The notes under the pieces are model-generated. The model saw only the letters and a program-made list of their open reading frames with translations, did no database searches and had not been told where the DNA came from. Both the position numbers and the translations under genes were made by a program. A DNA stretch of 63,276 bases, counting the filler, from Reticulomyxa filosa (lineage: Eukaryota; Protista; Foraminifera): assembly GCA_000512085.1 (NCBI GenBank). It is 17 parts of 17 records of this genome, joined end to end, with 100 filler letters (N's around TTAATTAATTAA, not from the genome) between each part and the next. Parts side by side here need not be neighbours in the genome. Positions count along the whole stretch, not along the records: positions 1 to 3,514 come from ASPP01044638.1; positions 3,615 to 11,528 come from ASPP01014911.1; positions 11,629 to 14,952 come from ASPP01008658.1; 14 more parts are not named here. One strand, 5' to 3'. Position 1 is the first letter of the stretch; each line of letters begins with the position of its first letter. Positions 1 to 11,699 of the stretch are shown piece after piece.

Positions 1-1730
1 GCTATTAAAATTATTCAAATTGATCTTTGTACAATTCATTTAAGTGATTGTTTGTAAAGATGAAATTATGTTATATGTTCATTTCGTAATACATTTATCA
101 TTTTATCTAAGAGTTCTACAATGAAGTTATATTAACATGTTATACCTAAAGACAGCCATGTAAAATTTTCTTTTAGGAAAAAAACATAGTTGGTAGATGC
201 ACTCTTTAGAAAGATTTTTAAAAATTTTTATTTACTAAATCTATAAATAAAACTTTGCAATATATCTTGAATACTTGTCGTAAATACAAATAAATCAAAA
301 TCAGTTTCTTTTACGCATTTTAATTGACAAAGAAAGTAAGAAATACAACAGAATATTTCTTTACTGAATTATATTTAAAAAAAAAACATTCCCGAGAGGC
401 TGGTGATTATGAAAAGTAAAAGAGAATGAGAGATCAAATTAGAAGGATAATTTGGCATAATAACAACATATATACAAAATGGTTAGAAAATATCAAAAAG
501 ATATTCTAAAATTTGTATTAAAGATGCAATGATAGTATATTATTACATAAAAAATAGCAGCAAATAATACGAGAATATTTTTATTAATATAAGTTTATGT
601 GGAACCGTTCAAACTAGATCAATTACAGGATCTTTTACCAATTCCTGTTTTGATCAGAATTGGATATTAAAAATGAACAGTAAAGATAAAGTAGACATTT
701 TTCTTTGCAGTTTTTGCAAAAAATTTGCAACTATCCAATTGAAATTATTTGTAAACAATACAAAGATAGCAAGCCATTGATTGCTGGAGAAAGTTGTCTT
801 AGACAATTTATCAAAAAGATAAAATAAAATGTGCCATAACGATTGCAATTATTTTAAGGTAATGGCTGTCCATTGGGCTTTTTGAATCAGTCAAAAATAT
901 CTTTCCTCCAATGTTCCTTTCGTAGGCATTTTTGCAACATTAATTGCAACTGTCAAAGAAGATTTGCATTATTTGCTTCTTTTGTTTGATTCTTCTAAAA
1001 AGTGAAAAAGAATTTGCAATGATTCATAAATATTTTATCGGCCATCACAAGTCTCTTTTTACACTGGGGTCAGAATACACTGTATATTGTACGATCTTGT
1101 GAGAGCAGCCCATTGTCTGTTTTTTTTGTCAATGTTAGAAATGTTCAAAAAAAAAAAAATCTTAATATAAATTTTGGGTTGTACTTTTGTCATTGATACC
1201 TAAAACAAAAACAAGGTTTTTGCTGCTTTTTATTTTTCTTAAAGATATTTTTTATCACTTGAAAAATGTTTAAATTACATATTGATTTCATTCTTACACA
1301 TATATAATCCAACTAATACAACGGGACATCATAATTGCAACAAGGACATAGTGAGTGTTCTTGGCTTTCATCCTTGTCCCCAGTTGATGGATTTCTAGGA
1401 CAAACTCCAATCACTCAACTGTAACCAATCCGAATCGAGTGACTTGTCAGAGGAAAAGATCAGCTTTGGCAACAAAAAAGTATAGCCTTAGCAATAAATA
1501 GTGGACGTGAAAATGCAGAATGCAAAGCAGGAGGGCAAGCTCAGAAAAAAAAAGGGAGTGGCAATAACAATACCAAAGTAAAAAAAAGTAAATCGTTCAA
1601 TTGCTTTTTAATAAAAAAAAAGGAATATTGGCATGAAAAATCATTTTATGATAAAAATGAAAAGAACAAAATACTATAATCAGTTAAAAAAGATAAAAAT
1701 AACAATTCTAAACTCTAAATATTACAAAAA

Positions 1731-1863
1731 TTTAAAAAAAAAATCAAATGAAGGAAGAATTGAAATAGAAAAGATTAAATAAGGCGGCGCCTCAGGAACA
1801 TCGTGGCGCATCCCAATTTAATCTATTCTTTTTGATTTTGTCTTCATTTGTTTTTTTTTTAAA
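1731..1863 (+). repeat. Long imperfect inverted repeat / RNA hairpin (~60-nt arms, 13-nt loop)
   Basis: Left arm 1731-1791 (tttaaaaaaaaaatcaaatgaagg...aaggcggcgcc) pairs with right arm 1805-1863 (ggcgcatccc...cttcatttgttttttttttaaa). Several differences between the arms are G:U-compatible on the + strand. Confidence 0.85.
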
Positions 1864-2099
1864 CGCCACTTGGTTAGGTTGTGTGATGTTTAGCATTGGA
1901 GTACTGTAATGAATGAGGAACTAAGGGATTATAAAAGGATCTAAGTGGACAAGAAAATAAATGTTCAACAAATGTCCGAATAGTCATATTTGGAAAAATA
2001 TTTGACACATATTTGAATTAAGGAAACTTAATAGTTGTAATGACTGCGACGGGGGTGGAAAGAGTTGATTTTGGCAAACTGAGATTCTAATCATACACC

Positions 2100-2900
2100 G
2101 AGGCAAAGCAAGTAGCAAGAGAACAATGCATATTAACATTATTAGGCATACAGAAAGCTTTTGAAAGTGTTTGGCATGAAGAGCTCATATACAAGCTATA
2201 TAAAATAGGAGCCGTTATTCAAAATGATATACCCGATGCGAACGCAGGGCGAACTATTAGTAGCAAATGGAGATTGGATGTTCACTCTATTTGCCATACA
2301 AAAGGGAACTGAGCAACGAATAATAGCCGGAATGCCATCACTAATGCAAGAAATTATGTATTAATAATAACGAACTGGCTAGAGGTAATAAAAAGAACAC
2401 TTGCAATAAAACTAGTCATTGAAGAATATGATTACGTCAAAAGTAGGACAGCATACTATCTGGCAAAGATTATTATTTAATGTGGAGATATTGCAAGCAC
2501 TAGCATACAACAATTTACTCTATTATTGGTTTAGCCCACCAACACAAATATCCAAAGATGAGTGGAAGAAGCACATAGAGAAAACGGTATATACAATTGA
2601 ATATAAAATGGTATAAGAGTAATATAGTAGCACATGGACACAAGGTCATTATTTGAAATGATCTAAATACTAAGCTAACGAAACAACCATATAAACCAAT
2701 AATAGACCAAATACAGAAAAATGTAAACACAACAACGATTTCAAAAACAATTAGTATACTTACAGTAAATCCGAGGTTCAACTGAAAAACAAAAAACCAG
2801 CAAATAATATCCAAACCAATAATGAAAAATTATGCATGATTTAAGAAGCAATGGACAACCAAATAATATGTACAATACTGGAATGCGGAAATTATTAGCA
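2100..2900 (+). mobile_element. Decayed non-LTR retrotransposon ORF2 remnant (RT motif + C-terminal region)
   Basis: 2124-2210 translates to QCILTLLGIQKAFESVWHEELIYKLYKIG, matching the LINE RT motif LDIxKAFDSVWHxGLxxKL with both Asp residues mutated. 2470-2890 gives YYWFSPPTQISKDEWKKHIE, QPYKPII, RFN*K and a broken CxxC..ILEC knuckle. It has many stops and frameshifts. Confidence 0.75.
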
Positions 2901-3198
2901 TTTAGTTTGTACTTTAAACAAAAGGCTGGACATGTGACTGATATTTTGTTCTACAAACATTACTGTTATAGTTTTGCTTTACCTTTGGTTCGACAAAGTG
3001 AGCGAATTGATATATTCATAATAAATATTTTCATAAATCATTTTTTGATCCAGTCTGAGCTTCGTTCTTCCCTTTTAATTAAAAACCTAGTTTTTTACTT
3101 TGTAAAAAAGCAAATGTTGAACATAAATATTTATAAAATTCAAATTCTTTTTTCAATTAAAAATAAAATCTCATTTTGTTGCAAGAAATCATTCAATT

Positions 3199-3514
3199 TT
3201 GAATTACATTTTTAAACTGTTGATACAATATTTTATCAAAAATGATGAATATTTAAGCAATTATAATAAATTTAAAACAGTTTTTGAAAAGCTAAAATAT
3301 TTCAAACCATTAAAAGTGCTTCAAGCACACTCTGATTATGTGCAAAGTGTACATTTTTCATTTGACGGTGCCAATATTGTATCATCTTCATTTGATAAAA
3401 CGATCAAAATATGGGATGTCAAGTCAGGAAATATAATCAAAGAACTGAAAGGAGATTTTGGATGCGCTTGTGATGCAAAATTTTCTCCAGATGGAAATAC
3501 AATTGTGTCGTGCT
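3199..3514 (+). CDS. WD40-repeat protein, partial (truncated by linker; true 5' end uncertain)
   Basis: KYFKPLKVLQAHSDYVQSVHFSFDGANIVSSSFDKTIKIWDVKSG...DAKFSPDGNTIVSC contains canonical WD40 repeats. Confidence 0.85.
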
Positions 3515-3614
3515 NNNNNNNNNNNNNNNNNNNNNNNNNNNNNNNNNNNNNNNNNNNNTTAATTAATTAANNNNNNNNNNNNNNNNNNNNNNNNNNNNNN
3601 NNNNNNNNNNNNNN
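3515..3614. other. Artificial contig-joining linker (N44-TTAATTAATTAA-N44), first of 16
   Basis: The same 100-nt spacer, with stops in all six frames, occurs at 3515-3614, 11529-11628, 14953-15052, 22382-22481, 27488-27587, 28610-28709, 31394-31493, 33323-33422, 34664-34763, 40188-40287, 42350-42449, 43450-43549, 47252-47351, 49087-49186, 50235-50334 and 61302-61401. Confidence 0.98.
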
Positions 3615-3648
<34 letters not shown>

Positions 3649-3721
3649 GTCATTTTTTATTTTTTAAAATATTCAAAAAAAAGTTAGTTTGTTGTGAGTT
3701 GACACTTACTTCAAAAGACTT

Positions 3722-4181
3722 ACCCAAATTGAATCAAATGTTGTAACATTTGCTGCAATAAGTCAGGTTTGACGAACTGCAGCAAGTCGTTGGACGACAG
3801 AAATTGTAACAACTCCAACATGTCTCGGCTATTGCCGGAAGTCGAGTTCGATGCCAGGGTTAACAGTTCGTTCAGTGCAACTGAGTCAGTGTAAAAACGC
3901 TCACGTAACTCGAGTGGGGTCTCGCTCTTTTGGTATGTGTTAAATATGTCCAGTGCTGCTACCACTTGCAAAGGCAGTGTGTTCACATCTTTGTGAAGTA
4001 AGTAGAGCGGACTTTGCAACATATTGCTTATAAATTTTGGTACTCGCAGGTCACTTGTTTTCAGGTTCCATTGTATATCCGACGATGATTGAGAAGAATA
4101 TCTCCAGAAAGGGCCTGCTATCCGCCGAAAAACGCAAAGAGGAAGTGGATTTTTTCTCAATGGAAATGCCAATGTGTTCAT
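3722..4181 (-). CDS. Hypothetical protein, first exon; possible mitochondrial presequence
   Basis: ATG at 4181, an Arg-rich, acid-poor N-terminus (MNTLAFPLRKNPLPLCVFRRIAGPFWRYSS), a helical body, and a G|GTAAGT donor just before the gap. Confidence 0.55.
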
Positions 4182-4785
4182 TTAACGCGCTTTAGAGTTT
4201 TTTTGTTTAATTTCGACGTTTGCTCCTTTCTGCAGTTTTTTTGGAACAAGTACGGAAACGTTTTTATAGGTTTCCTTGCCTCGATAATTTAAAAAAAAGG
4301 ACGCTTTTAAATCAAAAAAAAAAAAATTAACTATAACAACCTTGATCACAAAACAAAAAAAGGACAAGAATGATCGCACTCAAAAGTCATTTCACTTCTG
4401 AAGCAAAAAGCTACATTGTATAAATTTTCTTGCAAACCAAAAGGCCGTCAACTATTTCTAATTTACAATTATCTATTTAAAAAATATTGAGATTTAGTCA
4501 CTTCATGCAAATAACAAAAAAGAGTGTAATAAATGAAAAAAATAACTGTTTACAAAAAATGTAATAATTTTGGCACATTGAAAAGTAATTTTGAAACTTT
4601 CATTAAACATAGTTGACGGTGGACAATGTAAAATCTAAAATCTAGTACTCTTAGTAATGTTAATTCCACGACCATATTTAATGTATTTTGTAAATAGTAT
4701 CGGTTTTTATATTAACAAGTACAAGTTTTAAAAGGGTTTTTTAAAGAATTTCCATTTTAGATAGTCAAGACGTGAATTGTAATAA

Positions 4786-7304
4786 ATGGATTCTAGGGAT
4801 TCTCTCAAATTAAGTAGCAATGTTGCTTGCCAGCGCATGTTGACACGAATAGGTTCATATTTTATTTTTTTTTTACATGTCCTGTGACTCGACGGAACAA
4901 AAAAAAACTCCAAAAAACCAATCTCAAAGGGAACGCTTTTCCTGCCGAAGAAAAAGTACAATTTTCATGTAAGGTGAGAAAATTTAACAAAAGGAACAAA
5001 GAACAAGACCGGGTTCTATTGATCACAGATAAAGCAATGTAATAAATGAATTTGAGAAACAGTGAGGAGGAGAGAGAAGAGAGGGGAAGAAAAATAAAAG
5101 ATGTGAACCCTATGTATAGTGTAATATGTTTGAGATGAGAGTGTTGAAGAGACGAATAAGACCACCATATGACACAAGTAAAAAACACAACAATAAAACA
5201 AAACAGCTACAATCTGATGCCAGTTGAGAGAGAGACAAAAAGCCGTGCAATTGGTTGATTATGCCCCGTCCCCCCCCTCCCCCCCCGCTTTCCCATACTT
5301 ACCAAACAATATATACACACACGCATACTACAACATACACGCTTACTATGCATATCCATCTGTGCACGCATTTTCAAAACTATGTTGGTTGTATATAATA
5401 GAAGTTGACTTTTTTTGTTTTGTTTTGTTTTAATTTTATTCGCATGTATCGAATGAAAGAACGACTTTGGAAAATGTAAGCGTCGCATTGACATAAAGAA
5501 TTTGGACTCGATGACGATAAGCACGACATCGGACGAGTTTGCGTTCCATATCCCGGAGGAGTACGACTACCGATTTAAAGCCGAACAAAAGAACGAAATT
5601 GTGAATGTGGTGAAGGAAGCATATACCAACATTCACAACCAAAGCGGTGAGAAGTTGCGAGTGCAAAGCACCGACCAATACTCGTTGCTCCCGTTGGTCA
5701 TCCAAAAAGGTGCCACCACTATTGTGGACAGAGAAGTACGATTGAGAAGATATCGTGAATTAATGGACAGTTGAGATTACGTATTCTTTTGTCAACAAAA
5801 AAAAATAAAAAAAAATTAAATTTTTTTTTTTTTTTTTTTCTAATTAAAAAAATAAAAAGATGTCTTGGAAGGAAATGTAGAAGACGAAGAAGATCAACAA
5901 GCATTCTTTTCATCAGCAGGGGCTTATGACGGAGACACCAACAAAAGAATGTCCACAAGTTCTCAAGTGTCCCCTTCCGATTTTGAGTTTTTAAAAGTGA
6001 TTGGCAGAGGATCTTTTGGCAAAGTCATGCTCGTTCGACAGAAAACCACCAAACAAGTGTTTGCCATGAAAATACTGAAAAAAAAGGCCATCATTGAGAG
6101 AAACCAAGTCGAACATACCAAAGCAGAAAAGTCGATCCTTTTGGCTTTGCAGCACCCATTTTGCATGACTTTACACTGTGCTTTTCAAACTGATACCAAG
6201 TTGTATTTCGTATTGGACTATTTCAGAGGGTATGTATGAAATCGTGCTTCGTCTACAGACATTGTGTATACATTGGAAATCAACCCTTTTTTTTTTATTT
6301 ATAATAATTATTATAAGTTATTTATTATCATTTTGTTATTATTAACAAAAATAAAAATAAAAAAAGAGGCGAGCTATTCTTTCATTTGAAGAAAGTCAGA
6401 CGCTTCAAGGAAAATGAAGCAAGATTTTTTTGCGCAGAAGTCGCTAGTGCATTGGGTCATTTGCACTCATTAGGAATTGTGTATAGAGATTTGAAACCGG
6501 AAAACATTTTATTGGATCACACTGGCCACATTTGTGTCACCGACTTTGGCTTGTCCAAAGAGTTGGGAGATGATCTACATTCCTATACATTTTGTGGAAC
6601 ACCTGAATATCTGGGTATGCCAACTTTTATTTGTTTGTTTGTTGTTTACTTCAAGAAAGTCTTTGCATTAGTTTTTTTTGTTTTTCGTTAATGCAATGAT
6701 TTGTTTATGTTAGCACCCGAAATTGTATTGAACAAGGGACATGGCAAAGGCGTAGATTGGTGGTCTTTGGGCGTGTTATTATTTGAGCTGAGTGTAGGTA
6801 TGATCAGATAAAATTGCTTTTTACACATCTTTTTTTTTTATCCTCGATTACTTTTTTTTGGAAAAAAACTTGTATAACTTCCAAACAGGTATCCCACCCT
6901 TTTATTCTCAAAACGTGAATGAAATGTATCGAAAAATTCAAAGCAGCCCATTGATGTTTCCTTCCAACATTTTCTTGACACTACCTTGCAAAGCCATCAT
7001 TAGTGAGTTTTTGGAAAGAAATCCAAAGAAAAGGCTTGGTTGTGGAAAAGATGATGTCAAAGAAATAATGAGACATCCATTTTACCAAGACTTGGACTGG
7101 GATTTGTTGTACAAAAAAGAACTTGAGCCTCCGTATAATCCTCAAGTCAAAGGAGGAGACACAGATACATCCATGTTTGACAAACAGTTCACCAGCGAGC
7201 CAACTGTTGATTCATACTTGTCTGAACCTGTAATTGCTGACTCAGAAGATTTCAAGGATTTCAATTATAATGGGAAACCAAAACCCGATGAAGATGCAGA
7301 GTAA
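4786..7304 (+). CDS. AGC-family (Akt/SGK/S6K-like) Ser/Thr kinase with N-terminal myosin-TH1 (PH-like) domain; 8 exons
   Basis: Exons 4786-4852, 4930-5038, 5207-5222, 5460-5769, 5860-6229, 6367-6614, 6714-6797 and 6889-7304 join in frame with GT-AG introns. TH1-like region: [31 protein letters not shown]...CKRRIDI...[15 protein letters not shown]. Kinase motifs: [42 protein letters not shown], and hydrophobic motif FKDFNY. Confidence 0.92.
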
Positions 7305-7469
7305 AAATTTTTTAAAGTTTGAGTGACGACTTCAAAAAAACAACAACAAAACGATAAATTTACGTCAAAATGAAATTTGTTAGTGTTTTCTCTTATAAAT
7401 TTGTTAAGTAGCACAAGGAAAAAATGATGACTATTGACATTTTTTTTTTTTCCTTTTCAAATTCATTTC

Positions 7470-10400
7470 TTATGTTTGAGGAATTCCCTTGATGGGATTT
7501 GTTTTGATATGGGAATAAACATATTGCACATGATCAGCAATTAACCCGTCAATACCGTGACGCCTTTGAGCGTCTACTGATTGTATATCATTGTTTGAAT
7601 CGCCATATGTCAATACCAAAAGCTCTGATTTGTGAATGAAATTGATCAAATGTGGCGCAGCTACAAACGGAACCGCAGATGATACAATTCCAAATAAATC
7701 ATTTTTTCGTGCAAATTGCACTGCATTGTTCAAACTTGAAGTTCTTGGGTCCGAGTACTAAATTTTTTGTGAGATTCTCATAGGCATAAAAAAACAAAAA
7801 AGGCAAATGCATAAAGCACATACACGAGAATCGGCAGTTGTGAGGAAAAATACTGGGTATTGTGGTTGTTTTGCCATTAAAAGCACACAGATATCAGGGT
7901 GAAAAGAGGAAAACATAATTTTCCTGTTTCCAACGCAGTCAAAAATTACTTGCAAAATTTTGTCAAGATATTCGTTGATGTCAACGACGGATAAATCATC
8001 TTCTACGCATTCGTCGTAGTTCGGATATTTGATCTCAATGTTAAACCCGACAGAAGAAGGCACCTGATGAAAAGCTTCTTCCAGTGTACAATAATCATCT
8101 TGCAGCCAATCCAAACCCTCCATACCGTTTTGTAACATATCCACTTTTTCGTCATCAGGTTTCGCTGATTTTTCCAAACCAGGTGCGTCCTTGTTTTTTT
8201 TTTTTTTTTGGATGCAAGTTCCCAGCATAAGATATTGATCCTTTCAACGAAGGAGTATTTGGCGGTAGGTCTGCATTGTCGCCTCCGGGTGACTTTTTAG
8301 ATCGAGTTTCATCATCTATATTGGCTTGATGTTGATGTAGCGCTTTTCTTTCCTTGTAGAGGAGTTTACTTTTTTTGAATTAAGTGCAAATCAACAACAC
8401 ACGTAAAACATGTATTATTTCTTTTTTTTTTTTTTTTTTTGGTAAAATTATGTCTACATGTTGCAACATGACGCAAAACTTGTATTTCTTCCATTGTTTC
8501 AAGTAAATATGATTGACAGGGATTGTGAAATCTCTGCTGTGAAATAAGAAATCATGATAAATTACTGGGACTCTAAACAAATAAATAAGCATATAACATG
8601 TTGCCAAACAGAAAAGAAGAATTTTTTTTTTTGTAATAATAATAATATTATTATTATAACAAACAACAAAAAAATTCTTCAACTTATCACGAGTTAGTTG
8701 TACATCAAATTCCACAAATTGTGCTCCCAAAGCCGAGGCAGCGTTGAATGCCAAAATGGTATTTTCCTTGAGATGGGTTCGTCTCTGTCCAGGACGAAAT
8801 ATGGATCTCCACGAACCAGTGCCTCGATGTCCGACCAAAATCTTTTCATTTGGAAAACTGCGCTGCGACGCAATTCCACAGTTCGGATGTGAAAATGGTC
8901 GAATCAACACATACTCAAAGTAAAACTTGCCTACGAATCGATTCGCACTATCGCCAATGGCATGTAATGGGACACTAAGTGCGCCCGTTGACGCTTTCAT
9001 CAGCTGTTCATACAAAATATAGCCCCTGGCGACTGCAGGTCCAAACTTTGGGAAGAAATCGAATTGCAATGTACACATCGATCTGTACATTTCCACACAA
9101 GGTTAAACTTACTAAATAGCTTTATTGTTTATCTCCAGAACTTTGATGTCATTTTCTTAAAAAAAGATAACAAATTTGAATGAAGTTTTAATAATCTCGA
9201 CCCCTTTCGTGATCTCAACTTGATGCGTTTTGGTTTAGCAACAAATTTGCATTCGAACAATGGATCAGTGAGCGGCAGCGGAACTTGCACGGCAACCCCT
9301 TGGAAATTGTTTCCCTTTGTGTATCCGCTTTGAATATTGACGTAAGCGATTTCCAAGTCGTCGCGCATGAACACACAGCTATCCGGTCGTTTGGGTTGGG
9401 TGGGATGTCCAAGCCTCAGATGCAGCTGCACTTCGTTTTGTGTCGAGCTGTTGAACTTCCACGTTGCGTCACTGTCTTCGTGTGTTTCTTTGGTCTCTGT
9501 GTCCACGCTACTTTGTGCTGACACATCTGCGCTACGAATACTTTGAGCCACTTTTTTTGTCGCAAATAGTCCGTCATTGATTATCGTGGATTCGTTGATC
9601 ACTACAGTTTTGCTCTCTGACTGCACGTGTGCTGTTACTTTTTTGTCCTTAAGGATATTTTTGTGTTTGGCAACACCACGCACACACACACACATACATA
9701 CACATGTGTGTGTGGCAATGCTTTGATCAAACAAGCATCACTACTAACTACTGCAATTAAAAAAAAAAAAAAAAAAGCAAAAACATATATGAACCACAAA
9801 CATAAAAAATGTTATACCTCCAAGGATGCAATTACATATCGATATTGGATTTTCGTGTCCTTGGGCAAGATAACGTTGCAAGTCCAAAAGTTCGTATCAT
9901 TTTCGACATCTTTATCCAGTACGGTTGTCTACAAAAAAACAAAGCCATATCATTTGAGTGTTCGAACATTATTTCAATCCAAAAAAAAAAAAAAAAAAAA
10001 TGAATGAATAAATGAATGAACAAATAAAGAAATAACTTGAATAGATGTCATTTGAACGCCTTTGCCGACCTCCCACAAACCCAAAGACAGACAGTCGCCG
10101 ACCAGATACACGTGCTGACTTTGTTTGGCATGGCATTGCACGTGGAAGCGAACATCGCACTCCTTTTTGTCAGTGGTGTCAATGAGATCGTAGGGTTTGT
10201 TCGGATAGTTTGCAGGATATTGTCGCACGCACGGAGTTAATAAATCATACAGCTGCAAGCGGCCAAAAAACACGGCCACACAATGAGGACAAAATCCATG
10301 CTTGTCAGTCACGGACGAGTCTGCGCCAACCGACAGCAAATACTTGACAACAGACCTGTCTCCACTGGCCGATGCGTGGTGCAGCAATGTCCACCCTTTA

Positions 10401-11425
10401 TCATCGTTTTGATGACACACAGCCAAAATCTTTTGCGACAGCTGATCACCTTGGGTCGCATTGTCAACAACAGCGACGGCGACGGCGACGGATGCAGAGC
10501 TGACAAGATATTCCATCAGTTGCTTCAATAGTGCACTGTTGCCATTGGCCGATACAATATGGAATGGCGATAGACCTTGGTCATTCGTTTGGAATATGTC
10601 GATCCCATGTTTGAACAGCACGTTCACGGCCTCACTGTTGTTGCTCTTGCACGCGTAGTGCAAGCTGTTTTGCCCGGTCCAATCCACCGCATTCACGCTT
10701 GTCGTGTATTGCAGACACAACTCGGTTATCTTCACATTGTGCTTCCAACACGACAACATCAATGGACTTTGGCCATTGCAATCCGGCGCGTCCACCATTT
10801 CGCTGTTCTTCTCCAACAACGCCACGCATATGTCGTAATGCTCGTTCTTGATGGCCAAGTGCAAGGGATTGTTATGGTCCAAGTCGACGTCATCAATCCT
10901 TGCTTCTCCCTTGTTTCAATCGTGTAAATTGTTTTCACACAATCCCCCCGATCATTGCCAATCATGTACCCACCATACATACATACATAATATGTTACAA
11001 CACAAAACACAAACATCGCAAAGTAGGGCAACAGCTATTGCATGCATTTTTTATTCGCATTGGATAATGCTTTTACAATCCATATATACCATACAAATAT
11101 ATATACATATATATGTACACATATTTGTATGTATGCAATGTTATTGTACAATTTGTGTTATGTGTACAATATATACATATATGTATGTATATGTATATAT
11201 ATGCATGCGTCTTAGTTACAAAATAATATATGCTATACTTGTTGTTTGTGTTTTTTTTTTTTTTTTTTTTGGTATAACAATGAGCTAGTTGGTAAAAGGT
11301 CTACTAAACATGTAACAACAGCTTTAGGCATTCCATATTTCCCGTCTGAGCGCATACATGAACCGCATTTCGTCCATAGTTATTCACCGCGTGGATGTCA
11401 CACCCCGATTTTGATTAGCAGCTCT
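7470..11425 (-). CDS. Glycerophosphodiester phosphodiesterase (GDE1/GPCPD1-like): ankyrin repeats + CBM20-like + GDPD; multi-exon, 5' end lost in gap
   Basis: Ankyrin repeats: GRNAVHVCAQTGN in an exon at ~11310-11425, then NNPLHLAI, GQSPLMLS, GQNSLHYAC and GWTLLHHAS. CBM20-like: VRFHVQCHAKQSQHVYLVGDCLSLGLW. GDPD motifs: VGHRG, ENTILAF, VEFDVQLTRD, PVIYHDF, GFNIEIKYP, FSSFHPDIC, GIDGLIAD. Confidence 0.88.
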
Positions 11426-11699
11426 TACACCGCAATACACACATATACATATATATGTGCACATATATGCATATATACCCCCAGTTTTGTACAATCATTT
11501 TAAATATGTAATGCGATCAAAAAAAAAANNNNNNNNNNNNNNNNNNNNNNNNNNNNNNNNNNNNNNNNNNNNTTAATTAATTAANNNNNNNNNNNNNNNN
11601 NNNNNNNNNNNNNNNNNNNNNNNNNNNNTTATTATTATTATTATTATTATGTAATTGTTGATTCACAACAAACAAACAAACAAACAAACATATGGCATA

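Noticed and set aside
654-1130. Short minus-strand ORF and coding-like sequence
   Set aside because: It is possibly a decayed gene fragment, but it has no recognisable motif and cannot be supported.
3559-3570. Recurrent TTAATTAATTAA motif as a biological repeat or CRISPR-like array
   Set aside because: It is always centred in an identical 100-nt N spacer, so it is an assembly linker with six-frame stops.
11405-11415. Frameshifts in otherwise intact genes (ankyrin exon near 11410; G run near 40945) as programmed frameshifting
   Set aside because: They fall in homopolymer runs, go in opposite directions and share no motif. Homopolymer sequencing errors explain them best.
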